From NCBI GenBank assembly GCA_945865325.1, contig CAMBFA010000004.1, positions 114 to 64,113 of the forward strand: 64,000 nt of DNA, written 5' to 3'. Made by a program: the position numbers and the translations under genes. The first letter of the stretch is position 1, and each line of letters begins with the position of its first letter. This document shows, one piece after another, positions 47,317 through 56,856 of this stretch. The stretch is from Candidatus Kuenenia stuttgartensis (lineage in GTDB: Bacteria; Planctomycetota; Planctomycetia; Pirellulales; UBA1268). Under the pieces are notes generated by a model that worked only from the letters and a program-made list of their open reading frames with translations, had not been told where the DNA came from and did no database searches.

Positions 47317-47589
47317 ATGCTCGTGCTCTCCAGACAGCGTGATGAAAGCATCATGATCGGTGACAACATCGTTGTCACGATCGTTGACATTCGGGGAGAC
47401 AAGGTCCGCTTGGGGATCAACGCCCCTTCCGAGATTCCGGTTCACCGGCAGGAGGTCTACGAGGCCATCCAGCGGGAGAATCTCCGGGCCGCCAGGCTCG
47501 AGCCGGGGGATACCGAGGGGCTCGGACGCTTGGCCGACCGCGGCACCGCGCAGGGGCCAAAGAAGCCCAACGACGGCCCACGCCGCTGA
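47317..47589 (+). CDS. csrA: carbon storage regulator CsrA (copy 1, FliW-linked)
   Basis: [55 protein letters not shown] is a near-canonical CsrA core. It is followed by a ~35-aa basic/Gly-Pro tail. Confidence 0.93.
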   Translation: MLVLSRQRDESIMIGDNIVVTIVDIRGDKVRLGINAPSEIPVHRQEVYEAIQRENLRAARLEPGDTEGLGRLADRGTAQGPKKPNDGPRR

Positions 47590-47620
47590 CGCTCGGCCGG
47601 CGTCGACGGCCCGGCTGGGG

Positions 47621-48205
47621 TCATCTGCCGGTGAAGTACTCCGGCTCGCGCCCCGGCTTCCACTTGATGTTGCAGCCGAGACTGGGACGCTGCTCCGCGG
47701 AGGGTCGCTTCCCCGCCACGAGAGCGTCGAGGGCCTCACGGAGATCGGCGCCCGTTCCTGCGACCCCGTTTCCTGGGCGGCTCCCGTCGAGTTGGCCGCG
47801 ATAGGCTAACCGACGGCCGGCATCGAAGGCGAAGAAGTCGGGCGTGCACGCGGCCCGATAGTCGCGGGCCACGTCCTGGGTCTCATCATAGAGATACGCG
47901 AACGGGTAGCCGCGGGCCTCCGCCTCGTGGATCATCTGCTCCGGCGAATCAGCCGGATGTCCGGAGACGTCATTGGAACTGACGGCGACGAAGCCGATGC
48001 CGAGCGGCGCGTAGTCCCGACCGAGCTGGGCAAGCTGGTCGGCCACGTGCTTCACGAACGGGCAGTGGTTGCAGATGAACATGACGACCGTGCCCCGTTC
48101 CCCGGCGACGTCGTCGAGGCCAAGGATCCGGCCGTCGACATTGGGGAGGGAAAAGTTCGGGGCGGTGGTGCCCAGTGGCAACATCGTGCTCGGCGTGCGG
48201 ACCAT
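47621..48205 (-). CDS. thioredoxin-fold thiol-disulfide oxidoreductase (AhpC/TSA-like family)
   Basis: 194 aa. APNFSLPNVDGRILGLDDVAGERGTVVMFICNHCPFV (CxxC in Trx-fold context) ... GYPFAYLYDETQDVARDY. Confidence 0.8.
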   Translation of the reverse strand: MVRTPSTMLPLGTTAPNFSLPNVDGRILGLDDVAGERGTVVMFICNHCPFVKHVADQLAQLGRDYAPLGIGFVAVSSNDVSGHPADSPEQMIHEAEARGYPFAYLYDETQDVARDYRAACTPDFFAFDAGRRLAYRGQLDGSRPGNGVAGTGADLREALDALVAGKRPSAEQRPSLGCNIKWKPGREPEYFTGR

Positions 48206-48289
48206 GGCTGGATCTCCGTGGGACTGGGCAGAGGGGAGCGGAAGGAATGATGCCGATCGGGGAGGGACGCGGTCGATGGTCGTGCGCTC

Positions 48290-49066
48290 TCATCCCCCGC
48301 ATCGGAACAGCCTGCGGGCGTTGGCGGCCGTCGCCGCGGCGAGGACCTCGAGTGACACGCCCCGGGCCAGGGCGAGGCACCGAGCCGTATGGACGACATG
48401 GGCCGGTTCGTTGCGTCGTCCGCGAAGCGGCTCCGGGGAGAGAAACGGACTGTCGGTCTCGACGAGGAGACGGTCGATCGGCACCGTCGCCGCGACCTCG
48501 CGGAGCCCGGCCGAGGAGCGGAAGGTCACCATTCCGGCAAACCCGAGGTAACAGCCGAGCTCAAGGGCCTCGCCCGCCTCTACAGACGTCCCGGTGAAGG
48601 CGTGGAGGATCGCCGTCAACGGGCCGCGGGCGACCGCCTCACGGAGCATCGCGAGGACGTCGGCGAGGCTCTCCCGGGTATGGACGACCAACGGGAGCGA
48701 GAGCCGTTGTGCTAACTGGACATGCCGATCGAACCATTCCCGCTGGATGTCCGGCGGCGCATCGTGACGGTACCAGTCGAGCCCCGTTTCACCGATGGCG
48801 GCGACCCGCCCCGACTCGGCGAGGGTGACGATCCGATCCCACTCCCCGGCAACGACCTCGTTGACGTCGTTGGGGTGAATGCCGGCCGTGGCCACGAGCC
48901 CGGGCTCACGGGAGGCGAGATCCGCCGCGGCCTCGCTGTCCATGGCGCGGGTGCCGATGATCGCCATCCCGGTTACCCCGGCGGCCCTGGCCCGAGCCAC
49001 CACCGCGGGCAGTTCGTCGAGATACCGCATCGGATCGAGATGACAATGGCTGTCGAAGAGCTCCAT
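48290..49066 (-). CDS. tatD: TatD-family metal-dependent hydrolase/DNase
   Basis: Start MELFDSHCHLD at 49066 inside ORF 48290..49126. Contains LPLVVHTRES, AILHAFTG and VETDSPFLSP, the TatD metal-binding motifs. Confidence 0.88.
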   Translation of the reverse strand: MELFDSHCHLDPMRYLDELPAVVARARAAGVTGMAIIGTRAMDSEAAADLASREPGLVATAGIHPNDVNEVVAGEWDRIVTLAESGRVAAIGETGLDWYRHDAPPDIQREWFDRHVQLAQRLSLPLVVHTRESLADVLAMLREAVARGPLTAILHAFTGTSVEAGEALELGCYLGFAGMVTFRSSAGLREVAATVPIDRLLVETDSPFLSPEPLRGRRNEPAHVVHTARCLALARGVSLEVLAAATAANARRLFRCGG

Positions 49067-49122
49067 GCCTTCCCTCCGCGTGGGTGGTGCCGGCTCCCGT
49101 GTACCGTCGGAGAACCGGGGAT

Positions 49123-49566
49123 TCAAGAGACGGGCGCGGGGGAAAGGGAGCCGCTGCGCCCACCGCGCCGGGCGATCTCTTCGAGCTGATCGGCATGTTG
49201 GAGCGACGCCTCGCGGGCCTCGCGCACGAGATCGATCTCCCCTGGGGGCCCTCCCGCGTCGACGAGCCGGTCGAATTGGGCGATCTGACGCCGCAGCCCG
49301 TTGAGCACACGGGGGAGCATCGCGGCGAGGTCGACGTCGTGCGTGGCGGTGTAGCGGATCGGGTAGACAGGCCGCGGTACCGTCTCGCCGTGCTCCTCAA
49401 GGAGCCGGCCAGCCCGGTCGGCGATGCTCCGCTGATCCTCAACGAGATCAACCAGCGCGAGCTTGACCGCTTCGTTCCCGGGAAAAGTCCATACCCCCGC
49501 CGCCACAAAGTAGGAGTGGAGCGACGATCCGAGCGTGTCGATGAGTTCGGCGAGTATCGACTTCAT
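49123..49566 (-). CDS. hypothetical helical protein encoded immediately downstream of nuoN
   Basis: Start MKSILAELIDTLGSSLHSYFVAAG at 49566 inside ORF 49123..49623. 147 aa with a predicted helical-bundle-like composition. It begins 25 nt after the nuoN stop on the same strand. Confidence 0.5.
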   Translation of the reverse strand: MKSILAELIDTLGSSLHSYFVAAGVWTFPGNEAVKLALVDLVEDQRSIADRAGRLLEEHGETVPRPVYPIRYTATHDVDLAAMLPRVLNGLRRQIAQFDRLVDAGGPPGEIDLVREAREASLQHADQLEEIARRGGRSGSLSPAPVS

Positions 49567-49591
49567 GGGGGCTGCCGTGGCGGGGTGAGGG

Positions 49592-51247
49592 TCAGGAGGC
49601 AAAAGCCCCGGCGAGACGGGCAAAGGCGTACAGCCCCGACCAGAAGACGCCGAGCGACACGACCGGAACGACCAGCGCTGTCACCAGCGCCCCGGGAATC
49701 GACACGAGCGGAAATGCGTCGGCGGTCCGATCGGCCGGGGGTGGGTCGAACGTCATGACCTTCAGCACGCGGAGGTAGTAAAACAGGCTGATCACCGTGT
49801 TTGCCCCGCCAACCACGAGCAGGACGAGCATCAACGGCCGTTCGGCGCCGAGCATGACCGCCTCCATGACCGAGGAGAAGACGAGGAATTTGGAGACGAA
49901 CCCAGCCAGGGGCGGAAGTCCGATGAGACTCACGAGCACGACGCCGGTGGCGACGACGATCCCCGGGTTCGATCGAATCAATCCGGCGTAGGAGGCGATC
50001 TCCTCGCTCCGCAGCGAATTTCGCAGCAGCGCCACGATGGCGAACGCGGCAAGGTTCATGAAGACATACGTGCCGAGGTAGAAACAGACCGCGGCGACGG
50101 CGGAACGCGTCGCCTCGGCATCCCTTCCGGCCAGCGCCACCGCCGCCGCCACCCCCATCATGAGATAGCCGGCGTGCGCAATGGTCGAATAGGCGAGGAG
50201 GCGCTTCATGTTGGTTTGCCCGTAGGCAGCGAGATTCCCCAGCGTGCAGGTGAGCGCCGCCAGCAGGGCGATCCCCCCGACGATGAAGTGCCTCGTTTCA
50301 CCGAGTGATGCCATCTGGGCGACATGCTCGGGCCCCGGGCCGGTCGTCCCCAGCCCGAAAGCCACACGGAGGAGGAGCGCTACGGCGGCGGCCTTGCTGG
50401 CCACCGAGAGAAACGCCCCGACTTCGGCCGCGGCACCGGCGAAGACGTCCGGGCACCAGAAGTGGAACGGCACGGCCGAGAGCTTGAACGCCAATCCGAC
50501 GCCCACCATCAGCCCGCCGATCGCCAGCGCCAGCCCGGCGCCCCCCGGCATCCACAGTGCATCCAGCGCCGCCAATTGGCGGGCCATGGTCGGTAGGTGG
50601 CAGGTGCCAAGGACACCGGCCAGGAGGCTCAAGCCGTAGAGCATGACCCCCGCCGCGCCGGCCCCGTAGACGGCATACTTGAGGGCCGCCTCAGAACTCG
50701 CCTTCCGCCCTTTAAGGAGCCCGGCGAGGGCATACGAGGGAACGCTCGCCATCTCCACCGCCATAAACACCATGAGGAGATGATTGGCCGACGCCATCAA
50801 ACACATGCCGAGCGTCGCCCCGAGGACGAGGGTGTAGAAATCGGCTCCATCCTCGCGGTCCGGGATCCCGGAAACCTTCGTGAAGAGGATGAAGAGCACG
50901 AGGAATCCGGCCAGGAGCAAACGGATGTAAGCCGTGAGCGAGTCGAAGGCGAGCAGGCCACCGAACAGTTCCTGCCGCCCCGCCAGCAGATCGCCGATGG
51001 ACGACGACCAGGCTGTGGCGCGGAGGGAGAGGATGTCTTCCCAGGCAAAAAACAGCGAGAACAAGACGCCGCCGAGGGCGATGAAACCGGAGTCGACCAG
51101 ACGCAGGAGCGGCACCATCCGGCAGAGCAACAGCAGAACGATGGTCGCCGCCAGACAGAGCTCCGGACGGAAATGGGGCAGCGACACGACGAGGGTGTCG
51201 TGGAGCGTGCCATTGAGCAGAGCGCCGAGATTGCGGTCGGGATTCAC
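49592..51247 (-). CDS. nuoN: NADH-quinone oxidoreductase subunit N
   Basis: GTG at 51247 overlaps the nuoM stop (GTGA). Polytopic antiporter-like protein (FFAWEDILSL ... MVFMAVEMASVPSYALAGL ... KLSAVPFHFWCPDVFAGA). Confidence 0.88.
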   Translation of the reverse strand: MNPDRNLGALLNGTLHDTLVVSLPHFRPELCLAATIVLLLLCRMVPLLRLVDSGFIALGGVLFSLFFAWEDILSLRATAWSSSIGDLLAGRQELFGGLLAFDSLTAYIRLLLAGFLVLFILFTKVSGIPDREDGADFYTLVLGATLGMCLMASANHLLMVFMAVEMASVPSYALAGLLKGRKASSEAALKYAVYGAGAAGVMLYGLSLLAGVLGTCHLPTMARQLAALDALWMPGGAGLALAIGGLMVGVGLAFKLSAVPFHFWCPDVFAGAAAEVGAFLSVASKAAAVALLLRVAFGLGTTGPGPEHVAQMASLGETRHFIVGGIALLAALTCTLGNLAAYGQTNMKRLLAYSTIAHAGYLMMGVAAAVALAGRDAEATRSAVAAVCFYLGTYVFMNLAAFAIVALLRNSLRSEEIASYAGLIRSNPGIVVATGVVLVSLIGLPPLAGFVSKFLVFSSVMEAVMLGAERPLMLVLLVVGGANTVISLFYYLRVLKVMTFDPPPADRTADAFPLVSIPGALVTALVVPVVSLGVFWSGLYAFARLAGAFAS

Positions 51248-53088
51248 CGGCCACCCCCCACGGAGAAGGAATCGATCGCGGCCTGGAACTCGGCCTTCTC
51301 GGAATCGGTGGAAGCGGCCGCCCCGGCCGAGGCGGAAGCACCGTCGTGGCCCCGCGTCCATTCGGCGAGCGTCTCCACCTGCCGGTTCACCGTCGGCGTG
51401 ACGTAGTTGAAGATCAGCTGCGGCGCCACCCCGAACACGACGGCCAGCACGACCAGCGGCACGGCGATCGCCAGTTCCCGGCGGGTCATCGGCGTGAGGT
51501 GGTCACCGTGCGGGCCTTTGTACTCGGCCCCGAGGTAGACACGCTGGATCGCCCAGAGGATGTAGGCAGCGGTGAGGATCACGGTGAAAGCGGAGCAGAC
51601 GGCGAGCAGACGGCTGTAGTTCCAGCTCGAGAGCGTGACGAGCACCTCGCCGATGAAGCCGCACATGCCGGGGAGCCCGAGACCGGCGAAGAAGATCGCC
51701 ACCGCCAGCGACGCATAGAGCGGCATGCGGTTGAAGATGCCGCCGAACTCTTCGAGGTTGCGGTGGTGGACCCGGTCGTAGAGGACGCCGACCATGAAGA
51801 ACATCCCGGCCGAGCTGATCCCATGGGCGAGCATTTGGAACATGGCTCCGTTGACCCCCTGGGCCCAGGCGTCCCACTGGTACCCATGTCCGTCCACCGC
51901 GCTCCACACGCCGAGGCCGAGCATGACATACCCCATGTGGCTCACCGAGCTGTACGCCACCATCCGCTTGAAATCTTTCTGCGCCAGCGCGGCGAAGGCC
52001 CCGTAGACCATCGACACGACGCCGAGCCCGCACACCAACCAAGCGAACGACAACCCCGCGCCGGGGCAGATCGGGTAGCAGATGCGGATGATTCCGTAGC
52101 CGCCAAGCTTGAGAAGGACCCCGGCGAGGATCATCGAGATCGGTGTCGGTGCCTCGACGTGGGCGTCGGGCAACCAAGTGTGCACCGGCACGACCGGGAC
52201 CTTGATGACGAAGCCGATGAGGAGGAGGAGGAAGGCCCACGACTCGAGCGTCATGCCCCAGAACGAAGTCGCGGCAAAGGGAGAGTTTTGCGATTGGCCG
52301 ATCGCCGCCAGCGCCAGGAGGTTGAAGGTGTGGACCGGCTTCCCGGCGTCATGGGCGGAATGAATGGCAGCCAGCGCCGCCGTCCTCTCGGTTCCCTCAA
52401 GGACCGGGCTGACAACATGACTGGCGATGAGCTGCTCGTCTGACAGCGTACCGACGTCGCTGGCGAAGTAGAGCATCAGGATCGCCAGGAGCATCAAGAC
52501 GCTGCCGGCGAGCGTATAGAGGAAGAACTTGATCGCCGCATACTCGCGGCGCGGACCACCCCAGATCCCGATGAGGAAATACATCGGCAGGAGCATGACT
52601 TCCCAGAAAACGTAGAACAGAAAGAAATCGAGCGAGACAAAGACCCCGATCATGCCCGTCTCGAGCAGGAGGAAGAGGATCCAGTAGGGGCGCACGTGCT
52701 TCTCGATCGGCCAGCTCGCCGCGGCGGCGAGAACCGAAAGAAAGGTCGTCAGCAGAACCAGCGGCATGCTGATCCCGTCGACACCCAGCAGATAGTTGAT
52801 GTTGAAGGCAGGGATCCACGGTTGATCGACCACCGCCTGCATTCCGGCTTCACCGACGGTGAACTGCCCAGCGCTGCCCGTTCCGAAGATCGCCGGCACC
52901 GCCATCCAGAGCGAGAGAACGAAGACGGCGATCGTCGTCGCCAAGCCGACCCAGCGGATCGAGTCGTCCTTGCCACGGGGGATCAGCGGCAGCGCCAGGA
53001 TCCCGGCGACGATCGCCGGCAGGAAGAGGATGAGCGTCAGGGGCCAGAAGGCAGGCTGCGTCACGGCCAAGATCGGTGCGATTCCCAT
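51244..53088 (-). CDS. nuoM: NADH-quinone oxidoreductase subunit M
   Basis: 614 aa. LFYVFWEVMLLPMYFLIGIWGG, IKVPVVPVHTWLPDAHVEAPT, MVAYSSVSHMGYVMLG. Confidence 0.92.
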   Translation of the reverse strand: MGIAPILAVTQPAFWPLTLILFLPAIVAGILALPLIPRGKDDSIRWVGLATTIAVFVLSLWMAVPAIFGTGSAGQFTVGEAGMQAVVDQPWIPAFNINYLLGVDGISMPLVLLTTFLSVLAAAASWPIEKHVRPYWILFLLLETGMIGVFVSLDFFLFYVFWEVMLLPMYFLIGIWGGPRREYAAIKFFLYTLAGSVLMLLAILMLYFASDVGTLSDEQLIASHVVSPVLEGTERTAALAAIHSAHDAGKPVHTFNLLALAAIGQSQNSPFAATSFWGMTLESWAFLLLLIGFVIKVPVVPVHTWLPDAHVEAPTPISMILAGVLLKLGGYGIIRICYPICPGAGLSFAWLVCGLGVVSMVYGAFAALAQKDFKRMVAYSSVSHMGYVMLGLGVWSAVDGHGYQWDAWAQGVNGAMFQMLAHGISSAGMFFMVGVLYDRVHHRNLEEFGGIFNRMPLYASLAVAIFFAGLGLPGMCGFIGEVLVTLSSWNYSRLLAVCSAFTVILTAAYILWAIQRVYLGAEYKGPHGDHLTPMTRRELAIAVPLVVLAVVFGVAPQLIFNYVTPTVNRQVETLAEWTRGHDGASASAGAAASTDSEKAEFQAAIDSFSVGGGR

Positions 53089-53145
53089 GGGGCGATGGTC
53101 CGGAGAGGAACGGTGTGCGGTGCGGGAGGAAGGGCCGAGTTGGCA

Positions 53146-55623
53146 TCAGCCGGCAAACGAAGAATGGAGCAGCAATCCGGCAAGAACGAAGATGGCGACG
53201 GTACCGAGGGCGATGAACATCACGTACTGGCGGAGTTGACCGGTCTGCAGTTTCTTGAGCTCGAGTCCGGCGTGCCACGTGGCATTGGCCGTCCCGTTGA
53301 CAAATCCGTCGATGAACGTCCGGTCGAGCCACGCGTCGAAGCCGGCCACCTGTTTGGCTCCCCAGGCGAGTCCCTCGATAAACTTGTCGATGACCCCTGT
53401 GTCGGTCGCGCTCACCAACCGCGACATTCCCAGGACCGGCAGCACGAACAGGAAGCGGTAGATCTCGTCGAAGTACCAGCGATTGGCGAGAAACGTGTAA
53501 AGGGGCTTGGCCGCAGCGGCGACCGCAGCCGGCGAGATGACGCGCCACACATACATCGCCGCGGCGAGGAGCACGCCGCTGGCCGCGGTGGCAAACGCCG
53601 TCAGTGAGGCGGTGACGTGGATGTTGTGGGCGTGGCTGGCATGCTCCGCCGGTACCGTGAATGCCCGGAAGAGGAGACCGCCGAGCTCGGTCCCGCCGGT
53701 GCCAGCGGGGCGGGCCTGATCGATCATGTTGGCGATCCCGAATCCGCCCGGCAGAGTCCATCCGGCCACGACGGCGAGCACCGACAACGCCACGAGCGGG
53801 TAGACCATCACCGGCGGGGACTCGTGGGCATGTTCATGGACGTGATGATCGCGCGGTTGCCCGGCGAACGTCATGAACCAGAGCCGGAACATATAAAAAG
53901 CCGTCAGCATCGCGCCGCCGGCAACGGCATAGAAGAGGATCGAGTGAGACGGATTCTCGCGGGCGAAGAGGAGGGCCTGGGCGAGGATCGAGTCCTTCGA
54001 GTAGTAGCCACTCAAGCCGATGTCGAGAAACGGCACGCCGGCACCGATGATCGCCAAGCAGCCGACGAGCATCGTTCCCGAGGTCCACGGCATCACCTTA
54101 GCCAGCCCCCCCATCTTCCGCATGTCGTTGGTATGGCAGGCGTGGATCACCGATCCGGAACAGAGGAAGAGAAGGCTCTTGAAGAAGGCATGGGTGACGA
54201 GATGGAACAGCCCGGCCAACCATCCCCCGACGCCGAGCGCCAGCATCATGTAGCCGAGCTGACTAACGGTGGAATAGGCGAGCACCCGCTTGATGTCGTT
54301 GGCCACCAGCGCGATCGTGGCGGCGATGAACAGGGTGATGGCCCCGACATAGGCAATGACGAGGAGGGCATCAGGGGTGAGGACCGGATAGAAACGGCCG
54401 ACGAGATAGACGCCCGCGGCCACCATCGTCGCCGAGTGGACGAGCGCCGAGACGGGCGTCGGCCCCTCCATGGCGTCGGGAAGCCAGACGAAGAGTGGAA
54501 ACTGGGCGCTCTTCCCGATGCACCCGCAAAAGATACCGAGCCCGGCCACAAGGAGCAGCCATTTGCCATATCCCTCGCGCCGCCAATCCTCGACCTTGGC
54601 CTCCACCTGCTCGACCCCGGCCCGCGGATCATCAGCATGCGAGCGGAGCACCTCTGCGACCTTCTCCGCCGCGGCGAACTTCACCATCCCGTCGGGCACC
54701 AACTGGGCATGCCGCGCCACCGGCGGACGGACCAGCGAGAACAACCCCGGACGGGCATGGCCGTCGAGCCCGGTCGAGTCGGCGAAGTGGAGCGTCCCGA
54801 GCGCCCCCCATAGCGCCATCAGGCCGATGAGCATCCCGAAGTCGCCGATCCGGTTGACGATGAACGCCTTATTCGCAGCGTTCGAGGCACTCTTCCGCTC
54901 GTAGTAGAAGCCGATCAGGAACCACGAGCAGATGCCGACCAATTCCCAGAAGATGAACACCATCGCCAGATTCCCGGCGATGACGATCCCGAGCATCGAG
55001 AAGCAAAACAGCGACAAGGCTTGGAAGAAACGGTGGAAGCGGCCGGGGCGATGGAGGTGCGACCCGTCGGCGAGGTGGACCTCGTGGTCGGTGATGTCGT
55101 GAAGCTCGTCATGCATGTAGCCCGACGCATAGACATGGATGCAGGTGGCGATGAACGTGATCATCACGAACATCAGCACGGTCAGCGCGTCGACATACCA
55201 CCCGATCGTGAGCCGCAGCCGCCCCCCCTCGTAAAGCGTGTACCAATCGCCCGAGTACGACACCGGTTGGCCCGCATGGCCGGCCCCCTCATCGACCGTC
55301 CGATGAGCCGATTCGGAGCCCTGCGAATCATGTGAACTGGCGGAATCGTGCGAAGCGGGGGATCCATGCGCCCCATCAGCCGACGCATGGGCCCCGCCAT
55401 GGTCGTCGTGGGCCACCGCGTGGACCGGATGCTGGGCCACCCAAGAAATGAACGCCAGGAGCGAAAGAACGAACGAGCCAACGATCGCGGCGGTGGCGAC
55501 GCCGGCCGCCCCCTTGCCATGGTCCCCGAGTCGGGGGCCGGCAAAAAGGATCACGGCAAAAGACACCAAGGGCAGCAGCCAGGCGAGCCCGAGGAGCGTC
55601 GGCAGGAGTGATTCCAGATCCAT
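53146..55623 (-). CDS. nuoL: NADH-quinone oxidoreductase subunit L (enlarged, with His/Asp/Ser-rich insertion)
   Basis: 825 aa. MVFIFWELVGICSWFLIGFYY, GKSAQFPLFVWLPDAMEGPTPVSALVHSATMVAAGVY, AYSTVSQLGYMMLALG. Insertion HDDHGGAHASADGAHGSPASHDSASSHDSQGSESAH after the second TM helix. Confidence 0.92.
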   Translation of the reverse strand: MDLESLLPTLLGLAWLLPLVSFAVILFAGPRLGDHGKGAAGVATAAIVGSFVLSLLAFISWVAQHPVHAVAHDDHGGAHASADGAHGSPASHDSASSHDSQGSESAHRTVDEGAGHAGQPVSYSGDWYTLYEGGRLRLTIGWYVDALTVLMFVMITFIATCIHVYASGYMHDELHDITDHEVHLADGSHLHRPGRFHRFFQALSLFCFSMLGIVIAGNLAMVFIFWELVGICSWFLIGFYYERKSASNAANKAFIVNRIGDFGMLIGLMALWGALGTLHFADSTGLDGHARPGLFSLVRPPVARHAQLVPDGMVKFAAAEKVAEVLRSHADDPRAGVEQVEAKVEDWRREGYGKWLLLVAGLGIFCGCIGKSAQFPLFVWLPDAMEGPTPVSALVHSATMVAAGVYLVGRFYPVLTPDALLVIAYVGAITLFIAATIALVANDIKRVLAYSTVSQLGYMMLALGVGGWLAGLFHLVTHAFFKSLLFLCSGSVIHACHTNDMRKMGGLAKVMPWTSGTMLVGCLAIIGAGVPFLDIGLSGYYSKDSILAQALLFARENPSHSILFYAVAGGAMLTAFYMFRLWFMTFAGQPRDHHVHEHAHESPPVMVYPLVALSVLAVVAGWTLPGGFGIANMIDQARPAGTGGTELGGLLFRAFTVPAEHASHAHNIHVTASLTAFATAASGVLLAAAMYVWRVISPAAVAAAAKPLYTFLANRWYFDEIYRFLFVLPVLGMSRLVSATDTGVIDKFIEGLAWGAKQVAGFDAWLDRTFIDGFVNGTANATWHAGLELKKLQTGQLRQYVMFIALGTVAIFVLAGLLLHSSFAG

Positions 55624-55642
55624 GGGAGTTCGGGAGCGGAGC

Positions 55643-56062
55643 TCACCCCTTCAGGTCGTCGGCCCGGTCGACATCGACGGTGGCGTGATTGTTGTAGAAG
55701 TTGAGTGTGATCGCGAGCGCGACGGCAGCCTCGGCCGCAGCCAAGAGAATCACGAACAGCGCGACCACCTGACCATCGAGCCCGAGCGTCGGGGCCCCTT
55801 CGGCACGGAGGTAAGGAGAGGCGAAGGCGACAAAGTTGATGTTGGCGCCATTCAGGACCAATTCGATCCCCATGAGGATCCCCAGCGCGTTGCGCTTGAG
55901 AGTCATGCAGGCGATGCCGGCGGTGAACAACACCGCCCCGACAAAGAGGTAATGGACAACGCCGACCGGTTCGGTAAACGGATTGACGGCAAACAGCGGA
56001 ACCGTCGCGAGGCATGTGGCCAACGACGCCACCATCGCCGGAGCCAGGACCAGGCCCATCAT
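55643..56062 (-). CDS. nuoK: NADH-quinone oxidoreductase subunit K with an extra N-terminal hydrophobic segment
   Basis: 139 aa. Core HYLFVGAVLFTAGIACMTLKRNALGILMGIELVLNGANINFVAF ... AAAEAAVALAITL. About 35 additional N-terminal residues (MMGLVLAPAMVASLATCLATVPLF). The ATG overlaps the nuoJ stop. Confidence 0.88.
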   Translation of the reverse strand: MMGLVLAPAMVASLATCLATVPLFAVNPFTEPVGVVHYLFVGAVLFTAGIACMTLKRNALGILMGIELVLNGANINFVAFASPYLRAEGAPTLGLDGQVVALFVILLAAAEAAVALAITLNFYNNHATVDVDRADDLKG

Positions 56063-56856
56063 CGTCCTCCTCCCACGAGCGCCGACCTTGCACCCCCCGC
56101 ACTCCGCCCCGTCGGCGCCGCCGTTGCCGCCGCCGCGACAGGCTCCACCGGCATCGCCGATGCGAGGGCATCGATCGGCCGGGGCGTCCTGCGCCGCTTC
56201 GCGCGGGCCAGATAGGCGGCACCGACCAACACAACAAGCAGATGCACCGACACGATCTCGAATGGCAACATGTAACCGACACGACCACCGACCGGCGTTC
56301 CGGCGGGAGGTTCATCGACGCGGACGCCGACCAACGCCATGCCGAGGGGCGTCGCCGAAGGAGCAGGCACGACGCCGACCCCCGGCCCCCTCCAGGCGCC
56401 GACCGAGAAGGCGGCCGTGAGGAGGAGCGAAAGGAGGGAGGCCCCGGCCACGGCCGTGAGCGTTCGATCGGAGGAGGAAGGCTTGATCGACACCAGCGGG
56501 GCCTGGGCGGTGAGCATGACGCCGAAGACAAGCAGCACGAGCGTGCCACCGACGTAGATCATCAGTTGCATCGCACCGATAAATTCGGCGCCAGCGAGGA
56601 AGAACAAGCCGGCGGTGGCACCGAGCGAGAAGACGAGATAGAGGGCCATGCGGACGACGTTGTCGGCCGCCACGACCCCAATGGCAAACCCGCAGGCCAG
56701 CCCGGCGAAAAGGAGGAACAGGACCGAATGCCAATTGATCCCGGCGATCGGCAGAGCGGGCAGCGCAGCCAGGGTCGTGGCGAGGGGTGGTACGACGTGC
56801 GTCAGGGTGGAGATATCCATGAAATCGATGAAATCCATGTCGAACATTCCCGTCAC
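56059..56856 (-). CDS. nuoJ: NADH-quinone oxidoreductase subunit J
   Basis: VRMALYLVFSLGATAGLFFLAGAEFIGAMQLMIYVGGTLVLLVFGVML is the NuoJ signature. GTG 56856 overlaps the nuoH stop; the alternative ATG is at 56847. Long Ala/Pro/Arg-rich C-terminal tail. Confidence 0.85.
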   Translation of the reverse strand: MTGMFDMDFIDFMDISTLTHVVPPLATTLAALPALPIAGINWHSVLFLLFAGLACGFAIGVVAADNVVRMALYLVFSLGATAGLFFLAGAEFIGAMQLMIYVGGTLVLLVFGVMLTAQAPLVSIKPSSSDRTLTAVAGASLLSLLLTAAFSVGAWRGPGVGVVPAPSATPLGMALVGVRVDEPPAGTPVGGRVGYMLPFEIVSVHLLVVLVGAAYLARAKRRRTPRPIDALASAMPVEPVAAAATAAPTGRSAGGARSALVGGGR

